Positions 61,295-64,000 of a stretch of DNA of 64,000 nucleotides are shown in pieces. Position 1 is the first letter of the stretch; the number at the start of each line of letters is the position of its first letter. A program made the translations under genes and the position numbers. A model generated the notes under the pieces. That model ran no database searches and was not told the DNA's origin. It was given only the letters and a program-made list of their open reading frames with translations. The stretch lies in the NCBI GenBank assembly GCA_007118495.1, contig SKRM01000032.1, forward strand, positions 34,223 through 98,222, written 5' to 3'. The DNA comes from Bacteroidales bacterium. Lineage in GTDB: Bacteria; Bacteroidota; Bacteroidia; Bacteroidales; UBA7960.

Positions 61295-61302
61295 TAACTT
61301 TG
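61295..61302 (+). promoter_or_regulatory. candidate -7 promoter box (TAACTTTG) very close to the start codon
   Basis: Matches TAnnTTTG, only 10 nt upstream of the ATG at 61313, which would imply a near-leaderless mRNA. Confidence 0.3.
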
Positions 61303-61312
61303 TAGCAGAATC

Positions 61313-62932
61313 ATGAAGAATTTTGATATGAAAACAAAACACATGTGGCGCATAGTTTTGACTTGCAGCATATTGATGTACGCAGGCATGCTGATGCCCT
61401 TACATACCATGGGGCAAACAGGCGTGGAGAAACTAAACCGGGAACTACCAGCATTCATGGCCAGGGGCATGAGCGACTGGGGAATACCCGGAATGGCCGT
61501 TGCCGTCGTTTACCAGGGCGAGCTGGTATATGCTGAAGGTTTTGGAGTAAAAAAGCTTGGTTCAGATGACAGGGTTGATGCCCATACCATATTTGGGGTG
61601 GCTTCTCTGACAAAGGCCATGACTTCAGCAGCCATCGCCATGCTGGTTGATGAGGGCAAACTTGATTGGGATGACCGGGTAAGGGATCATCTGCCCTGGT
61701 TTGAACTTTCAGACCCTGTAGCCACCAGCGAGGTGAGCATTCGCGACTTGCTTTCTCACCGGGTTGGGATTGGTCGGCTAACCGGCAACAGGCTCAGGTT
61801 TATGCCATCAAGAGACCCAAAAACCATCATGGAGTTTGTCAGGCGTATGCCATTTGAACAAAGCTTCCGGACAGCATATGTTTATAGTAATGTCATGTAT
61901 ATGGTTGCGGGCTTGGTCATTGAATCAGCATCGGGCATGAGTTGGGACGATTTTATGCAAGAACGTGTTTTCAATCCTTTGGGTATGCAGAGTGCCAGTA
62001 CATCAATCAGTCAACTAGAACACCAGCGAAACACAGCCTGGCCACATCAGGAAATATTTGGCCAGGTACAGCTGATCGCCCGCAGAAATTTTGACAACGT
62101 CGGACCCTCCGCCTCGGTAAATGCGTCTGTGACAGATATGGCCGCATGGATGATGCTTCAGCTGGACGAACCTGGAGTATACCAGGGGAAAAGACTTATC
62201 AGCGAAAAAAACATGCTTGAAATGCACCAACCCCATCAGGTTAACAGGCTGTCAAACCCCCTCACAGACCACCTGGAGGGCTATGGTCTCGGCTGGGGGT
62301 TAAGAACCTGGGAGGGGCACAGAATCTCACAGCACAGCGGAGCAACCGATGGCATGACTTCGACCCTCGTACTTGTTCACGATCTCAATCTGGGGATTGT
62401 TGTAACCAGCAATCTTTTTTGCAATTTCAGGCCCGCAGTGATCAATTATATCCTTGATGCTATGCTTGGCACACACCGTGAAACCGACTGGCATGAGCAT
62501 TTTTTCAGTCGCTATCTCAGCGAAAAAGAAATCGCCATGGAGAGAAGGGAATCACTAGAAGCAAAAAGAATTGAAGGCACCACACCTTCTTTACCTCTTG
62601 AAGCCTACGCCGGATATTACCACCACAAAGTATATGATAATGCTGACATCCGGGTCAATGAAAGGGGCACCCTTGAAATGCAGCTATGGGATGACCCTGA
62701 GATGATCGCAGATCTGGAACACTGGCATTATGATACCTTCAGGGCCATATGGCGGAACACCTCTATGCGCGAAAAATTCATATGTTTTGATCTTGATCAA
62801 TATGGAAGGGCACACAGGTTGAACGTCAATTTTACATTGCGGCAGATACTGATATCTGTTGGGATCTATCCCGCCGACTACTACCGGATTGTTGAGTATG
62901 AGCGATTCATTGAAGAAGACGGGGGGATTTAA
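61313..62932 (+). CDS. serine hydrolase of the class C beta-lactamase / PBP family (secreted)
   Basis: 539 aa with a signal peptide, SxxK motif (VASLTKAM), YSN motif (VYSNVMY) and a C-terminal extra domain. Confidence 0.8.
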   Translation: MKNFDMKTKHMWRIVLTCSILMYAGMLMPLHTMGQTGVEKLNRELPAFMARGMSDWGIPGMAVAVVYQGELVYAEGFGVKKLGSDDRVDAHTIFGVASLTKAMTSAAIAMLVDEGKLDWDDRVRDHLPWFELSDPVATSEVSIRDLLSHRVGIGRLTGNRLRFMPSRDPKTIMEFVRRMPFEQSFRTAYVYSNVMYMVAGLVIESASGMSWDDFMQERVFNPLGMQSASTSISQLEHQRNTAWPHQEIFGQVQLIARRNFDNVGPSASVNASVTDMAAWMMLQLDEPGVYQGKRLISEKNMLEMHQPHQVNRLSNPLTDHLEGYGLGWGLRTWEGHRISQHSGATDGMTSTLVLVHDLNLGIVVTSNLFCNFRPAVINYILDAMLGTHRETDWHEHFFSRYLSEKEIAMERRESLEAKRIEGTTPSLPLEAYAGYYHHKVYDNADIRVNERGTLEMQLWDDPEMIADLEHWHYDTFRAIWRNTSMREKFICFDLDQYGRAHRLNVNFTLRQILISVGIYPADYYRIVEYERFIEEDGGI

Positions 62933-62967
62933 TCCACAAAATTGGTTTTTTATTTGGCAAAAAATAC

Positions 62968-62975
62968 TACCTTTG
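62968..62975 (+). promoter_or_regulatory. candidate -7 promoter box (TACCTTTG) for rpsF-rpsR-rplI
   Basis: Matches TAnnTTTG, 57 nt upstream of the rpsF ATG. Confidence 0.45.
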
Positions 62976-63032
62976 CACTTCGTAAAATTTTGAATGCAAT
63001 TCAATCATTTAAAACCAATTAAACAAATTAAA

Positions 63033-63392
63033 ATGGTAAGACAGTACGAAACCGTTTTCATTATGACTCCCGTTTTGTCTGATGAACAGATGAAGGAAGC
63101 GGTAAGTAAATTTCAGGACTACCTGAAAAACAAAGGAGCAGAGATCGTTTTTGAAGACCACTGGGGCTTACGCAAAATAGCCTATCCCATCCAGAAGAAA
63201 TCGACTGGGTTTTATCACCTTATCGAGTTCAAGGCCGATACACAGTTGGTCCGTGATTTTGAGGTTGAACTAAAACGCGATGAAAGAGTAATACGCTTTC
63301 TCACCGTGGCCCTCGACAAGTTTGCAGTTGCATACAACGAGAAAAGAAGAAGGGAAAAGCAACCCGCCAGCGAAAAAGAAGACGAAAAATAG
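63033..63392 (+). CDS. rpsF: 30S ribosomal protein S6
   Basis: [19 protein letters not shown]...[10 protein letters not shown]. The start is taken at the internal ATG rather than 62994. Confidence 0.92.
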   Translation: MVRQYETVFIMTPVLSDEQMKEAVSKFQDYLKNKGAEIVFEDHWGLRKIAYPIQKKSTGFYHLIEFKADTQLVRDFEVELKRDERVIRFLTVALDKFAVAYNEKRRREKQPASEKEDEK

Positions 63393-63419
63393 GTAGTTTC
63401 ACTGAAAAGAAATTAGAAA

Positions 63420-63692
63420 ATGGCTAATCAACAAAATTCAGAAATAAGATATCTGGCACCAATTGCTGTCGATATCAAAAAGAAAAAATACTGCCGTTTT
63501 AAAAAAGCCGGCATTAAATACATTGATTATAAAGATGCCAACTTCCTGCTGAAGTTTGTCAATGAGCAGGGTAAAATTCTTCCCAGAAGAATAACCGGCA
63601 CATCAGTTAAGTATCAACACAAAGTGGCAAGAGCCATCAAAAGGGCGAGGCACCTTGCTATCTTGCCTTATGTTGCGGATCTTTTAAAATAG
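63420..63692 (+). CDS. rpsR: 30S ribosomal protein S18
   Basis: [19 protein letters not shown]...[31 protein letters not shown]. Confidence 0.95.
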   Translation: MANQQNSEIRYLAPIAVDIKKKKYCRFKKAGIKYIDYKDANFLLKFVNEQGKILPRRITGTSVKYQHKVARAIKRARHLAILPYVADLLK

Positions 63693-63703
63693 GGAGGTAA
63701 AAA

Positions 63704-64000
63704 ATGGAAATTATTTTAAAACAAGATGTTCCCAACCTGGGGTTCAAAGATGATATGGTAACTGTAAAAGACGGTTATGCAACCAATTACCTCATTCCCA
63801 AAGGCCTTGCCATACTGGCCATTCCATCTGAAAAGAAGAAGCTGGCTGAAACACTCAGACAACGCGCTTTTAGAGAGGATAAAGTGAAGAAGGAAGCTGA
63901 AAAACTGATTGAGAAGCTACAGGATATCGAAGTAAAGATCGGTGCCAAGGTTGGAACCTCAGGCAAGATCTTTGGGTCAGTAAACGCACTGCAGATAGCT
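63704..64000 (+). CDS. rplI: 50S ribosomal protein L9, 3' end cut by window edge
   Basis: My own translation from the ATG at 63704: [36 protein letters not shown].... Open to the window end and follows rpsR. It is not in the ORF track because no stop lies in the window. Confidence 0.9.
   Translation, partial: MEIILKQDVPNLGFKDDMVTVKDGYATNYLIPKGLAILAIPSEKKKLAETLRQRAFREDKVKKEAEKLIEKLQDIEVKIGAKVGTSGKIFGSVNALQIA

Noticed and set aside
1-64000. Scan for tRNA/rRNA/tmRNA genes, CRISPR repeats, IS elements or long terminal or inverted repeats
   Set aside because: No T-loop-type GGTTCGAATCC sequences were seen in intergenic DNA. No regularly spaced repeats and no transposase- or integrase-like ORFs were seen. 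All intergenic gaps are at most 436 bp. This was a by-eye scan, so small or degenerate elements could have been missed.

Overview
This 64-kb segment reads as a gene-dense, largely housekeeping chromosomal region of a Bacteroidota genome. Supporting signs are a SusC/SusD pair, CarboxypepD_reg-type TonB-dependent receptors, recurrent TAnnTTTG -7 promoter boxes and no obvious Shine-Dalgarno sites. The host is probably an anaerobe (IorAB, membrane pyrophosphatase, DUF2148-like Cys-cluster protein). I call 56 protein-coding genes, two of them cut by the window edges, plus several rho-independent terminators, candidate promoters and a few small intergenic repeats. I saw no rRNA, tRNA, CRISPR array, transposase, integrase, phage genes or recognisable defence island, so I cannot point to a clear-cut novel system. 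The most interesting locus lies at 32.8-36.7 kb. It holds a CarH/LitR-like MerR regulator carrying both AdoB12-photoreceptor signature motifs (Wx9EH and ExHxxG), followed by an ECF sigma factor in a LitR-LitS-like layout. It is divergent from an operon encoding an N-terminally truncated DnaB-family ATPase paralog, a CX2CX4CX10C DUF2148-like protein and thiol peroxidase. Secondary observations are: a PP2C-like domain with degenerate metal-binding motifs fused to a TM helix and LysM; tandem duplicated SLC13-type permeases each with four RCK_C domains; an enzyme-less SusCD pair behind a sensor-less histidine kinase and NarL-type regulator; a phosphosulfolactate synthase (ComA) homolog; and a Cas4-like Fe-S nuclease (DUF2779-like) wedged between an OmpA-family gene and dnaB. 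All functional calls come from by-eye motif and family recognition. No database search, HMM or alignment program was run.
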